38,684 nt of DNA, taken from IMG/VR virus record IMGVR_UViG_3300029145_000013, positions 1 through 38,684 of that record; one strand, 5' to 3'. Of the stretch, positions 18,161-26,756 are shown piece by piece. Each line of letters begins with the position of its first letter. Position 1 is the stretch's first letter. Position numbers and translations under genes: made by a program. Under the pieces are notes generated by a model that was given only the letters and a program-made list of their open reading frames with translations, was not told the origin of the DNA and did no database searches. This DNA comes from a virus. Its lineage: Duplodnaviria > Caudoviricetes.

Positions 18161-19242
18161 GTAAGCAAATTAACCGCATCTAACAGTTCCATTAGTCCAG
18201 CTTCAGAGTAATGTGTAGTCATGCTCTTGTGGCTGTGACCAAGGAGCTGCGCTCTCGTCTCTTCAGATACGCCGAGCATCCTAAGACGAGTTGCAAACGT
18301 GTGGCGGAGGTTGTGGACACCTTTAACGTACTTCTCTGTTAATGGTAGCCCAGCCTTCTTCCACGCATTTCGCCAGCCTGTAGTGTTCATTCTTGCGACA
18401 GGGCGATACTTAACCACCTTATCTCTAGAAGTCCTTCTCTCAGAGACAAAAACATATCTGTGATGCTTCCCTCTCATTGAGTCCACTACTGACTTAGCGG
18501 TGTCATTTAAGACCACGTACTTATCTTCCATTTTCTCTGACGTTTTTTTCCTCGCTGCGCCAGGTATGATGAATATCCTTCCTTTTAGATCCGGGTCTGT
18601 AGAATCGCACTCCCACGCCCACTCTAGTTGACAAACCTCCTGCTCCCTGCATCCGGTGTTTACCTTAAACAGAGACATTCGTTCCAACAGGGCTGGTAGT
18701 TCCTTGGTTAGCCTCTCTTGTTCATCCCAATCCAAGGGATAGGCTTCTGCGGCATCTTCCGTAGACTCATACTTAATAATAGGAGCCGTTTCTAAGAAAG
18801 ATAATCCAGAGCTAAACCGCCAATACTTAGCACAGCGATTCAAGACTCTAGACACCATCTCCAATGAAAGATTTATAGTTTTGCCTTTTACTCCTTCTTT
18901 GTGGCGTTTCTCAATAAACGGCTCTAAAGGGCCACGGTGTACTCTCTCCAAAGGTAAGTGACCTATATAAGGCATTACCATCTTCAAGTGGTAGATCGCA
19001 TCTCCTATAGAGCGTTTGTGTTGGTTTTCCTTCAAGTATTTTGCGGCAGCTTCACTAAACAAGATCCTGGGTCTTACCTCTCCAGCGAGTTCGGCCTTAA
19101 ACCGTTTCACTCTACTATTGAAGTAATCTAGCGCCTCGTCGTAGTTATCTGTTCCGCAACTTTCTCGAAGTCTAGACCCTCGTATAACTTTGTCGATGGT
19201 CCACGTTTGGCCTCTTTTATGGAGACCACTTGGTTTGGGCAT
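18100..19242 (-). CDS. int: Tyrosine integrase
   Basis: TGCR, HNLRH, LLGH, TTHY catalytic motifs; ATG at 19242 with SD GAGGAGG. Confidence 0.95.
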   Translation of the reverse strand: MPKPSGLHKRGQTWTIDKVIRGSRLRESCGTDNYDEALDYFNSRVKRFKAELAGEVRPRILFSEAAAKYLKENQHKRSIGDAIYHLKMVMPYIGHLPLERVHRGPLEPFIEKRHKEGVKGKTINLSLEMVSRVLNRCAKYWRFSSGLSFLETAPIIKYESTEDAAEAYPLDWDEQERLTKELPALLERMSLFKVNTGCREQEVCQLEWAWECDSTDPDLKGRIFIIPGAARKKTSEKMEDKYVVLNDTAKSVVDSMRGKHHRYVFVSERRTSRDKVVKYRPVARMNTTGWRNAWKKAGLPLTEKYVKGVHNLRHTFATRLRMLGVSEETRAQLLGHSHKSMTTHYSEAGLMELLDAVNLLTISRKSPALALVKLRDIATG

Positions 19243-19442
19243 TGTTCCTCCTCGGAACACCCACTAGCCGCCTCCATGCTATCTGCAACGCGGTCTAACT
19301 GTCTACGGGTGTACCTAAGTTTGTGAGGGCATTCCTCGGTGTGTACGGGTGTTAAAAAAGGTCTAGCGTGTCTGCTCCACTCTCTACCATTCATGGCGAG
19401 ATAACGCATAGCCTCTTTGCGTGTGTAAAATCTTTGGTCCAT
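19128..19442 (-). CDS. xis: Putative excisionase
   Basis: RFYTRKEAMRYLAM winged-HTH start, LRYTRRQLD; overlaps the start of int. Confidence 0.7.
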   Translation of the reverse strand: MDQRFYTRKEAMRYLAMNGREWSRHARPFLTPVHTEECPHKLRYTRRQLDRVADSMEAASGCSEEEQCPNQVVSIKEAKRGPSTKLYEGLDFEKVAEQITTTRR

Positions 19443-20252
19443 CTATTCCGGACTCTCTGGTAATGGAGAGCTTTCTCCTATGGCTGCTTTGATTTCATCT
19501 ACTGCTTCTGCGGCCCCTTTAATCCAAATAGAATTGGCGCATTGATCCAACCGCACCTCTAAACATTGCTTTGCTAGCGCAGCACACTCCCTGCTAATCA
19601 CAATGCCCTCTCTTTGCTGTAGGGCAGAGATAGCTTGACTAAGTAACTCCTTAACAGGCATGTTTTTAAATCCAGGATTACCAATTACGAATTGCATTTT
19701 CTCTATCAGCTTACTATCTGCCCCAGTGTTGGGGTGGTGCTGCATAAGATTTTTAGCTGCATCACAGTCACACAATTCGCTACTCTCTTGAATCTCACCG
19801 GCTATTACTGAGTGGCCGTGATGGATATAACCATCGTCATTGCATTTAGCGCATTTAGGCTGTTGCGGGAGTGTGGAAAGGGCTGAACGAATTGTCTTTA
19901 TGTGGCCTAGTGTCAAAACCGCTTGATCTAGGGTGCTAGTAGCCATTCCGTTGTATTTTTCCTCAACAATTTTTCGGGCTTCTTCCAGCTCACCCCGATC
20001 TGGTAGCTGGGCGTCCGGGTCTTGCCCGGTTAGGTGTAAATACATACGCCATGCCCCGATAGCTGCGGTGCTTGCCTTCACTCCTTTTTTGAAAGTGCCA
20101 GCGCCGATTTTTATATCAGTTGTTAGCTTTCCATCATCATCAATAAAAGCGTACCGCTTCTCATCATTATTCATAACTTCCCCTTCTGGGCAATAAGGAC
20201 AGCTTGATAGGAACTCCACAGCGTGAAGGTCGCAGAATTTTGTATCACTCAT
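19443..20252 (-). CDS. Hypothetical mosaic protein with CxxC motifs
   Basis: 269-aa ORF in the early-left operon. Confidence 0.6.
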   Translation of the reverse strand: MSDTKFCDLHAVEFLSSCPYCPEGEVMNNDEKRYAFIDDDGKLTTDIKIGAGTFKKGVKASTAAIGAWRMYLHLTGQDPDAQLPDRGELEEARKIVEEKYNGMATSTLDQAVLTLGHIKTIRSALSTLPQQPKCAKCNDDGYIHHGHSVIAGEIQESSELCDCDAAKNLMQHHPNTGADSKLIEKMQFVIGNPGFKNMPVKELLSQAISALQQREGIVISRECAALAKQCLEVRLDQCANSIWIKGAAEAVDEIKAAIGESSPLPESPE

Positions 20253-20544
20253 TACTGGAGTCCGTTGTATTCAGTAGCTCTCTCTCAGATGAATCAAGCA
20301 TTTCTTTTAGCTCCTTTCTGAGCGGCCTTTCTTCAGCAAATCGTTTTACACCATGAACGAGCTTTCTTAGCGAGTGTTCCAGCGCCTCGTTTCTTTGTTG
20401 GAGAGTGGTGATTGTGTTTGCCGCCTCTCTGAAATCATTTTCGAGAAGCCCCATATCATCGGCAGCGTCAAATGAGTAATCGTTCTCATCCATCTCATCA
20501 GCCGCATTGCTTAATCTTTTAACTAGGTTTTCTGTCTCAGCCAT
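20245..20544 (-). CDS. Hypothetical coiled-coil protein
   Basis: SD AGGAG inside a boundary repeat. Confidence 0.65.
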   Translation of the reverse strand: MAETENLVKRLSNAADEMDENDYSFDAADDMGLLENDFREAANTITTLQQRNEALEHSLRKLVHGVKRFAEERPLRKELKEMLDSSERELLNTTDSSNE

Positions 20545-20553
20545 TACTCACTC

Positions 20554-20736
20554 CTACTCTCCGTTTCCCAGCTTAAAAACTTCATATCCATACGCATTAC
20601 AAAAATCATTGCTCTCGGCTGCTGCTATAGCGTCTCCCTGCGTTTCAAAGAACTGAATATCCCCTTCATCATTCGCTACCATTGGGATAGCTGGTATGTG
20701 TTCTGCTGGGTGATTAGCCATTACAAAATATTCCAT
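20554..20736 (-). CDS. Hypothetical protein
   Basis: 60-aa ORF bounded by direct repeats. Confidence 0.65.
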   Translation of the reverse strand: MEYFVMANHPAEHIPAIPMVANDEGDIQFFETQGDAIAAAESNDFCNAYGYEVFKLGNGE

Positions 20737-20757
20737 TACTCACTCCTACGGGTAAAC

Positions 20758-21120
20758 CTAATAATTCTTTCCGCCATCTTGTTCACGATTGGCTTTTTTG
20801 TGGTCTGCTCTTTGCTTGTTGTATTCTAATTTTTCAACTACTGCGCCAGCTAAATCCATATCGTAAGCACCACCAAGATCAAAAATTCTGATCAAAGCAT
20901 CTGCCAATTCGACCTCGCTCATAGGTCTATGGGGCAAATGATCGTCTTGCAAATTTTTCCTATCACCCTCCATGGCCTCACTGATTTCGCTATGTATCAA
21001 CGTCAAGCATCTCGGGAAGGTTTCCCATGTTTTCTCTCTATCCCACCAGCCCGCTTCCTTGGCGGCTCCGTGGCACTTTATCTGGGCAAGCATAATGGCT
21101 TCTCTTAATGGTTCGCTCAT
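20758..21120 (-). CDS. MazG-like NTP pyrophosphohydrolase
   Basis: LIHSEISEAMEG..EVELADALIRIFD..EKLEYNKQR. Confidence 0.88.
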   Translation of the reverse strand: MSEPLREAIMLAQIKCHGAAKEAGWWDREKTWETFPRCLTLIHSEISEAMEGDRKNLQDDHLPHRPMSEVELADALIRIFDLGGAYDMDLAGAVVEKLEYNKQRADHKKANREQDGGKNY

Positions 21121-21143
21121 CTTTCACTCCTACGGGCACAAGG

Positions 21144-21251
21144 TCAGCCCCATAAAACAATTACCGCGATTAAAAGTATGGCTCCAAACAGCATCCCACC
21201 GAACAAACCGCTTTGAGGGTTCCAAAATTTCCACCAAGGAACATTGCTCAT
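21144..21251 (-). CDS. 35-aa single-pass membrane peptide
   Basis: MSNVPWWKFWNPQSGLFGGMLFGAILLIAVIVLWG; lies exactly between two 22-nt repeats; not in ORF track. Confidence 0.65.
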   Translation of the reverse strand: MSNVPWWKFWNPQSGLFGGMLFGAILLIAVIVLWG

Positions 21252-21275
21252 CTTTCACTCCTACGGGTATGGGGG

Positions 21276-21473
21276 TTAGTCATTGGGGACTTCTCTCATA
21301 ACATCTTCAGGCTTGGCATCAACAAACCACCTTCTTATTTCGCCGTCTACGCGACCGCCCGAAAACTCTGGAACAAATCCCTCAACTTCTAGCTGGAGCA
21401 CAACAAGAGGACTGCGCAAAAATCTATTTTGGACTCTGTGCCTTCTATTGCCCGTATACTTTGCTCTCATCAT
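21276..21473 (-). CDS. Hypothetical protein
   Basis: TG.RRHR..LVVLQLE..W.DA..ED pattern seen in phage accessory genes; SD GAGG. Confidence 0.65.
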   Translation of the reverse strand: MMRAKYTGNRRHRVQNRFLRSPLVVLQLEVEGFVPEFSGGRVDGEIRRWFVDAKPEDVMREVPND

Positions 21474-21506
21474 TTCCTCTCTTTCCGGTAGTAAGTATTA
21501 GCGGAA

Positions 21507-21695
21507 TTACTGGCCCTCATAAATCAAGGCATCAGCTCTTCCTGTAAATACGAGCCAAGCGCAGTAACACCGATGTCGGAAAGAGGAATAACCAAGAGGT
21601 CTGGCTTCAACCCATCTACCGTCCTTGAGACCGGCTTTTTCTTGACCTGCACTAGCAATCATTTGGTCAGCATGTCTTATACCTGGATATTTCAT
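21507..21695 (-). CDS. Hypothetical protein
   Basis: GRWVEARP..AWLVFTGRADAL pattern of a common small phage protein. Confidence 0.7.
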   Translation of the reverse strand: MKYPGIRHADQMIASAGQEKAGLKDGRWVEARPLGYSSFRHRCYCAWLVFTGRADALIYEGQ

Positions 21696-21842
21696 CTTCT
21701 CTTCCTCTTATCTAATAGGGCGGTAGAGCGCATGGCTTGTCTTGATACCTGTACGCTGTCCACAGGCAGGAACTTCTCGCTTTCCACGCCGCTCCACCAT
21801 TGATCGTTAATCTCCTGTTACCGATAAACCTGGTTACCGGAA

Positions 21843-22676
21843 TTAAGCGGCTACATCCCCGAAAGGTTCGCAAGATTCACTACAGCCGCCGCTCTCATCA
21901 TTAAACATGCGTAATTGCACTTCACCAGTAGTGGCAATCACTTGGTATTCATTAAATAAGTCTTCCGTCGATCTGTTCCCCCTAAAAAATACTCGCTTGT
22001 TCCCGTCAACATTGTATCCCGCAAGGCCGTACAGGCTCTCCATCTGCCGGGGAAATTCAAAAATGTGCGGCATTGTCTCGATTAGCATCATGTGTTTTCT
22101 GATAGACTTCTTCCAGCACCAGGAGCAGTTGCCCTCATGCTCTAGCAAGTTCAAATTGAATGGCATGGACTCCCAGAAGTCATTTACATGGGCCTTGTCG
22201 ATGCCCCAATCGTTGAGCGGATAAATGAATTTCGGGTCGCCGCCAATCCTGCGCGGCTCATCCGATCTAATTCCAATTGCCATTACACAATCAGACCACC
22301 CAATTGAGTCTGCGTAGCTTTTTATTGGGTTGGCTTTTAGTTCCCTGGTGCAGTGCGGGTAGGCATGATTAGGAATTCCGTATTTCTTTATAACCTCTTC
22401 AAATGGTTCACCCTTCCTGCTGGCGTTTTCCCACTCAACCACTCTATGCGTTGATCCTTTGCGCTTTCCATGGTGTACCTCCGCCTCAACCCAGACAACG
22501 CCAAGACCAAAATATTCATCTACTCTACGAACGAAATTCAGAGTCTCTGGGCGCTCCTGCCCAGTATTTGCAAATACAAATTTGAGATTACGGTCAGCCC
22601 AGCGCTCTTTAATCAAGTGCGCCATGTATGCAGAGGTTTTGCCACCACTGAAGCTGATTAGTATTTTTTCACTCAT
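21843..22676 (-). CDS. PAPS reductase-like / adenine nucleotide alpha-hydrolase family protein
   Basis: ISFSGGKTS PP-loop, VFANTGQE, CTRELK, IGIRSDE, GNCSWCWKK. Confidence 0.88.
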   Translation of the reverse strand: MSEKILISFSGGKTSAYMAHLIKERWADRNLKFVFANTGQERPETLNFVRRVDEYFGLGVVWVEAEVHHGKRKGSTHRVVEWENASRKGEPFEEVIKKYGIPNHAYPHCTRELKANPIKSYADSIGWSDCVMAIGIRSDEPRRIGGDPKFIYPLNDWGIDKAHVNDFWESMPFNLNLLEHEGNCSWCWKKSIRKHMMLIETMPHIFEFPRQMESLYGLAGYNVDGNKRVFFRGNRSTEDLFNEYQVIATTGEVQLRMFNDESGGCSESCEPFGDVAA

Positions 22677-22706
22677 ATCTATCTCCGCTATCCCGATTAC
22701 GGGAAA

Positions 22707-23006
22707 TTAAATCTCTGAAATCTGAACAGTTACGCAGTACTCAGAGCCATCCTTGTGTCTCACGTTGAAGCTGTTTGTGTTCCTCTCAAAGTCTTGAGTT
22801 AGGCCACTGCTTATCTCTCCCAGCTCGCCGTTTTCATCTTCAAGTATCAACGCTGCAATTATCTTCTCGTCGCTTTTAAGGCTCTCCTGCTGCGCTCTGA
22901 GCAATTTGTCAATGGCGGGGGTGGGCCTAGCCTCCGATGAAGATTTATAGGGCGTTTGCAAGATGTTAGAAAAATCGTTTTTACTCATAATCTGGTTTGC
23001 CTTCAT
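22707..23006 (-). CDS. Hypothetical protein
   Basis: ORF between dif-like sites; start uncertain. Confidence 0.55.
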   Translation of the reverse strand: MKANQIMSKNDFSNILQTPYKSSSEARPTPAIDKLLRAQQESLKSDEKIIAALILEDENGELGEISSGLTQDFERNTNSFNVRHKDGSEYCVTVQISEI

Positions 23007-23081
23007 TCAAATTTGTAAACAATAGCTATACTTTTCTCGCAACTCTTAAACCCTGTTTCCGGTAAGAAGCCATACTGGCAA

Positions 23082-23438
23082 TTAAGCTAATTTCTTTGGA
23101 ACTGCTATTGGCATCCACTTGTTGACCAATTGGGAGGGCAAGACAACGTGAGTCAGAGCGGGCTTATCATCGGCAGGGCAGAACAGCTCCCATACCGGGC
23201 CAGAACCGCACAAATCGTCTTTATGAACATCCCCCAATTCCGTCGTATACCTTGCCATGCCAAGCGGTTTTTCTAATTCATCACACCAAACCCACACTGC
23301 GGGACCGTCGATTGTTGGTAAAAGCACTTCGCAATCAATCCATGTTGTGTATTCTCTTAGCCGTTTCAGCTCTGCTTGCATAAACTCCATATCTTCAGCG
23401 GCATCTAAAGCAACGTTCCGCAATTTCTCAGCACTCAT
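23082..23438 (-). CDS. DUF551-like hypothetical protein
   Basis: WIDCEVLLP...VNKWMPI pattern; ATG at 23438 directly after a dif-like site. Confidence 0.65.
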   Translation of the reverse strand: MSAEKLRNVALDAAEDMEFMQAELKRLREYTTWIDCEVLLPTIDGPAVWVWCDELEKPLGMARYTTELGDVHKDDLCGSGPVWELFCPADDKPALTHVVLPSQLVNKWMPIAVPKKLA

Positions 23439-23478
23439 TTTTTCACCTGTTTTCCGGTAACAATAAGTACCGGATAAG

Positions 23479-23862
23479 TTAGAGTTCAAACCACTTGGTT
23501 TTTGATTCTCTTTCATAGTCAAAACCAAGGCGTCCAGCACCTGTCATGGCTACGAATCCATTCATTTGCTCGGGCTGCCCGAAATCTGATATAGGCTTAG
23601 GGTGCTCGTAAGAGTGGTGAGAAAATCCTCTATCAATGTCCGGCTTGATTTCGTTTGAACGATCAACCTGATTAACGCGATCAATATAGCCTTCTAAACG
23701 CGCTTTGCTTTGTTCAAGGTAGGCTACGGCTTCCTTGAGGCAACTAACCTTCTCAGCGTAACTGCCTAGCTTTATCTGCAAATCAGACACTTGTGATTTG
23801 AAGTTCTCTATTTTCTCATTAGCATCTGCCAACTCTTCTTCTAGTACCGCCTTAGTAGCCAT
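23479..23862 (-). CDS. Hypothetical coiled-coil protein
   Basis: SD AGGAG, heptad pattern. Confidence 0.65.
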   Translation of the reverse strand: MATKAVLEEELADANEKIENFKSQVSDLQIKLGSYAEKVSCLKEAVAYLEQSKARLEGYIDRVNQVDRSNEIKPDIDRGFSHHSYEHPKPISDFGQPEQMNGFVAMTGAGRLGFDYERESKTKWFEL

Positions 23863-23871
23863 CTCAATCTC

Positions 23872-24105
23872 CTAAACAAAAACAAACATTGCTAAACCGT
23901 CTTTCACATAAACCCCATCTAATAACCTAATGGGCCTTCTTAATTCTCCGCATACTGCGTGTATCTCTTCGTAACCAGCTTCGAACATGTCTATGAATGT
24001 CCTGCACTTTCTTTTGCAGAGTCTCTTTCTGTAAAACTCAGTAGGGTGGAAGCGAAGCTCAAGGTGCTCTTTCATAATCCACCACCACAAACTCTTCTTT
24101 ATCAA
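23872..24105 (-). CDS. Hypothetical protein
   Basis: Fills operon gap; start probably ATG near 24075. Confidence 0.5.
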   Translation of the reverse strand: MIKKSLWWWIMKEHLELRFHPTEFYRKRLCKRKCRTFIDMFEAGYEEIHAVCGELRRPIRLLDGVYVKDGLAMFVFV

Positions 24106-24811
24106 TCCTCTGTCTCAACACTCCCCAAAAGGACTCATCACTTCCTAAGCGTGAAGCTCTTGGGATGTATAGATTCCCGTGGTTGTCCTCAACAGGATCT
24201 TTAATTGTGTAAAGCTCATCCAGACAACGTAGATCGTCATAGTGGATGTCTTGAATTGAGAGTCTTAGGGCGTACATAAGGGCTCTAATATCTCTGGTGT
24301 GTCTACAGCCGACAGCGTGGCCGACTTCATGTAGTTTGGTGTGAAAATCAGCATCAGTTCTTAACTGAATATCCGCTTCGATAATCTCATCACCCCTCCA
24401 CCAAATATGAGCCCTACCCAGGGTTGAGTTAGTAACAACATCTGTTAGCTCTTCTACAGCTAGAGTTAAACCAAAAGGGACGTAAAGTAATTGATTGGAA
24501 AAATCATCATCACAAAAGACATGGTTTAACCCATTGAAGGAATCTTGACCGCCTTGTGTTCCTGAGATGAATCTAGTTTTGAGGTTGTCTGTTAAGCCCT
24601 CGATAGTCTCAAAGGCTTCTACTATCGAATCAGGATCAGGGCAAGAAGAGTCAATGTAGTACCTAAGCTCATCGTGCCAGTAAGGAGAGCCTTCGTAGGT
24701 TTCATAAGCAAAGACTTTCTCTATATATATTCCGGCGAATCCCAGGACTAATAGAATTAACCACTGGGGATGCCAGAATAAGTTTTTAAGAAACTTTCCT
24801 ACTTTTTCCAC
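24059..24811 (-). CDS. Exported metzincin (matrixin/M10-like) zinc metallopeptidase
   Basis: N-terminal hydrophobic segment ending VFA, EADI, HEVGHAVGCRH zinc motif, ALMY Met-turn. Confidence 0.85.
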   Translation of the reverse strand: MEKVGKFLKNLFWHPQWLILLVLGFAGIYIEKVFAYETYEGSPYWHDELRYYIDSSCPDPDSIVEAFETIEGLTDNLKTRFISGTQGGQDSFNGLNHVFCDDDFSNQLLYVPFGLTLAVEELTDVVTNSTLGRAHIWWRGDEIIEADIQLRTDADFHTKLHEVGHAVGCRHTRDIRALMYALRLSIQDIHYDDLRCLDELYTIKDPVEDNHGNLYIPRASRLGSDESFWGVLRQRIDKEEFVVVDYERAP

Positions 24812-24903
24812 TCCTGCCCCCTGTTACTAATTCATAACCTCGTTTATAAGATTCGTAAGTCCCTTGCTTCTTTAGCTTCTTCCACTCTGCTTTGGTGGGT
24901 GTT

Positions 24904-25329
24904 TTAGGCTGCATTTTTGGCTTCTCCGTGTTTCGCGTGCCACTGCTTATGACAAGCAGCGCATAACCACCTAACTTCTAAGGGCTTCTCATAATCGTCG
25001 TGATGGGCCTCTATGTGCCCCGGCTGACAACATTCTGAGCATTCACTGGGCTTAACGATTTTTCCTGACCGAACCGCGTTGCTTACCATGCTGTGAGCCT
25101 TGTACTTTTTGGGAAACTTAGCCCGATAGTCAGTTACGTATTGTTGGTCTTGCCTATTTCCCCTAGCTCTGTCGTATGCTCGATAGTGTTCAATGTTTGC
25201 AACACGGTTTTTTCTCGTGTCTTTCTTTGCGCACTCTTTGCATTTGTTCAGTCGACCATCTCCCATCCGGGTGTGTCTGTAGAACTCATTAAGCTCCTTG
25301 AGCTTTTCGCACTTGAAACACTTCTTCAT
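24904..25329 (-). CDS. Zn-finger HNH-like endonuclease
   Basis: KKCFKC..CKEC and CSEC..EAHHDDY..VRWLCAACHKQWH. Confidence 0.78.
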   Translation of the reverse strand: MKKCFKCEKLKELNEFYRHTRMGDGRLNKCKECAKKDTRKNRVANIEHYRAYDRARGNRQDQQYVTDYRAKFPKKYKAHSMVSNAVRSGKIVKPSECSECCQPGHIEAHHDDYEKPLEVRWLCAACHKQWHAKHGEAKNAA

Positions 25330-25331
25330 AG

Positions 25332-25763
25332 CTAAAAAGGAATTGAATCGTCGTCAAAATTGTCGAATTGCTGTGGTGCTGCGCCTTGTTGTGCTGCGGG
25401 TTGGCTTGCTGGCTGTGCATTTCCACCACGGCTATCAAGCATCTGCATTTCACTAGCAACAATCTCTGTGGTGTATCTTTCTACGCCGTCTTGCTCCCAC
25501 TTGCGGGTTTGCAATTTGCCTTCCACATAAACCTTTGAGCCTTTCTTTAAATACTGCTCAACGATTTCAGCTAAGCGGTTGAAGAAAACTACTCTGTGCC
25601 ACTCGGTCTTCTCCTGCTGCTCTCCAGTGTTCTTGTCTTTCCAAGAGTCGCTAGTAGCTAATGAGATATTTGCTATGGCTTTGCCATCTGGTGTGTATCT
25701 AACATCCGGATCATTACCCAGATTTCCAACGATAATTACTTTATTTACGCCTTTGCTAGCCAT
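25332..25763 (-). CDS. ssb: Single-stranded DNA-binding protein
   Basis: [31 protein letters not shown], acidic DDDSIPF tail. Confidence 0.97.
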   Translation of the reverse strand: MASKGVNKVIIVGNLGNDPDVRYTPDGKAIANISLATSDSWKDKNTGEQQEKTEWHRVVFFNRLAEIVEQYLKKGSKVYVEGKLQTRKWEQDGVERYTTEIVASEMQMLDSRGGNAQPASQPAAQQGAAPQQFDNFDDDSIPF

Positions 25764-26501
25764 CTATGCTGCTTCTCCGTGTAGTGTTTGTGAAAATTCA
25801 TTCTGCATTGCATTTCGTTCTTGGGTTGTGAAAATTCCCCCCTTAGAAGGAGCAAGCCAGAGAGCTTGTTGGACTCCCTGACCTAACTCCCTCCAAGCCT
25901 CCGCCGCCGAAGCAAAATCTTGATTAGCTATGCCTTCCTTGATTGCGATTACTGACCGCATGTGTTCTGAGAGAATTTTTTGTCTTTCAACAAGAGAGGG
26001 GATTGGGCCTTCGTCACAAATCAGCCAAGAGTCATACTCTTTATTTAGGGTCACTATTGTTTCAGGGGAGAAGTGCCGTTTACCCAAACTAACTAACGGG
26101 TATCTTCCCCAATCTCTGACTAGATACCTGCCAACTCCCCAACCAACCGCAGCACGTTTAAAAGAATCTGAATACGCGCCTTTATCACCTTGCATTCCGG
26201 TGTCACCAGCGCCGTTCTCTTTCCAAATCCATTCACCATCAATCTTGATACCAATAGAACAGGTCATTTTTCTGTCACCACGTTCTACGCGGTGGGATCT
26301 TTGCCAATTACCAGGGCCGCATACTTCGTCTAGCCTCTCTGCTACTGCCTTAGCTTTTAGATAGGCGAGGGGCCTACCTACAGGAGAATCACCCCAAGCT
26401 AGTTCTGGTCTACCGCCGTTGCCCTTTTTGACGTTGGTATCCCCAACACGCCAGTTAATGTCTCTGTGGTGAAAGGGTGCGCTTAGTTTGTCTAAATCCA
26501 C
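25764..26501 (-). CDS. Rad52/Sak-like single-strand annealing protein
   Basis: LSAPF..INWRV, RLDEVCGPGNW, KGAYSDSFKRAAVGWGVGRYL; GTG at 26501 with SD AGGAGG; adjacent to ssb. Confidence 0.9.
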   Translation of the reverse strand: MDLDKLSAPFHHRDINWRVGDTNVKKGNGGRPELAWGDSPVGRPLAYLKAKAVAERLDEVCGPGNWQRSHRVERGDRKMTCSIGIKIDGEWIWKENGAGDTGMQGDKGAYSDSFKRAAVGWGVGRYLVRDWGRYPLVSLGKRHFSPETIVTLNKEYDSWLICDEGPIPSLVERQKILSEHMRSVIAIKEGIANQDFASAAEAWRELGQGVQQALWLAPSKGGIFTTQERNAMQNEFSQTLHGEAA

Positions 26502-26652
26502 CGATCTCCCTCCTAATTTCCTGTAGTTCCTTATCAAGTTCTCTTGCAATCCCTACCCAGCATTCCCACCATTCAGGGCTACCTTTGGGATGAGGGTTAC
26601 TGTCAAAAAGAGGGGTTTCAGAGATACCCATCCAATCTCTCCATTTCTTCAT
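26455..26652 (-). CDS. Hypothetical protein
   Basis: NPHPKGSPEW motif; start uncertain. Confidence 0.4.
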   Translation of the reverse strand: MKKWRDWMGISETPLFDSNPHPKGSPEWWECWVGIARELDKELQEIRREIGGFRQTKRTLSPQRH

Positions 26653-26755
26653 CCAAACTCAGACCATCTGAGTCATGCTGCGAGCCAAACTTCTCGTTAA
26701 ATTCCGAAACTTCCAAAACTTCAAATTCGTAAACATCCAAATCATCTTCTTCCAT
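26618..26755 (-). CDS. Small acidic hypothetical protein
   Basis: MEEDDLDVYEFE.. with upstream GGAG. Confidence 0.5.
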   Translation of the reverse strand: MEEDDLDVYEFEVLEVSEFNEKFGSQHDSDGLSLDEEMERLDGYL

Positions 26756-26756
26756 A

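Larger units (their letters stand above)
20541..21267 (-). repeat. Gene-boundary direct repeats, core TCACTCCTAC(GGG), four copies
   Basis: Identical 17-nt pair at 20541-20557 and 20733-20749; identical 22-nt pair at 21115-21136 and 21246-21267. Confidence 0.85.
21481..23477. repeat. Five 28-bp dif-like inverted-repeat sites (11-6-11) at gene boundaries
   Basis: Sites at 21481, 21817, 22681 (degenerate), 23055, 23450; consensus TTTCCGGTAA-N6-TTACCGGAAT. Confidence 0.75.

Noticed and set aside
21481-23477. Rho-independent terminators or integron attC sites
   Set aside because: No consistent U tails on the coding strand, no RYYYAAC/GTTRRRY boxes, and no integron integrase; kept as dif-like sites instead.
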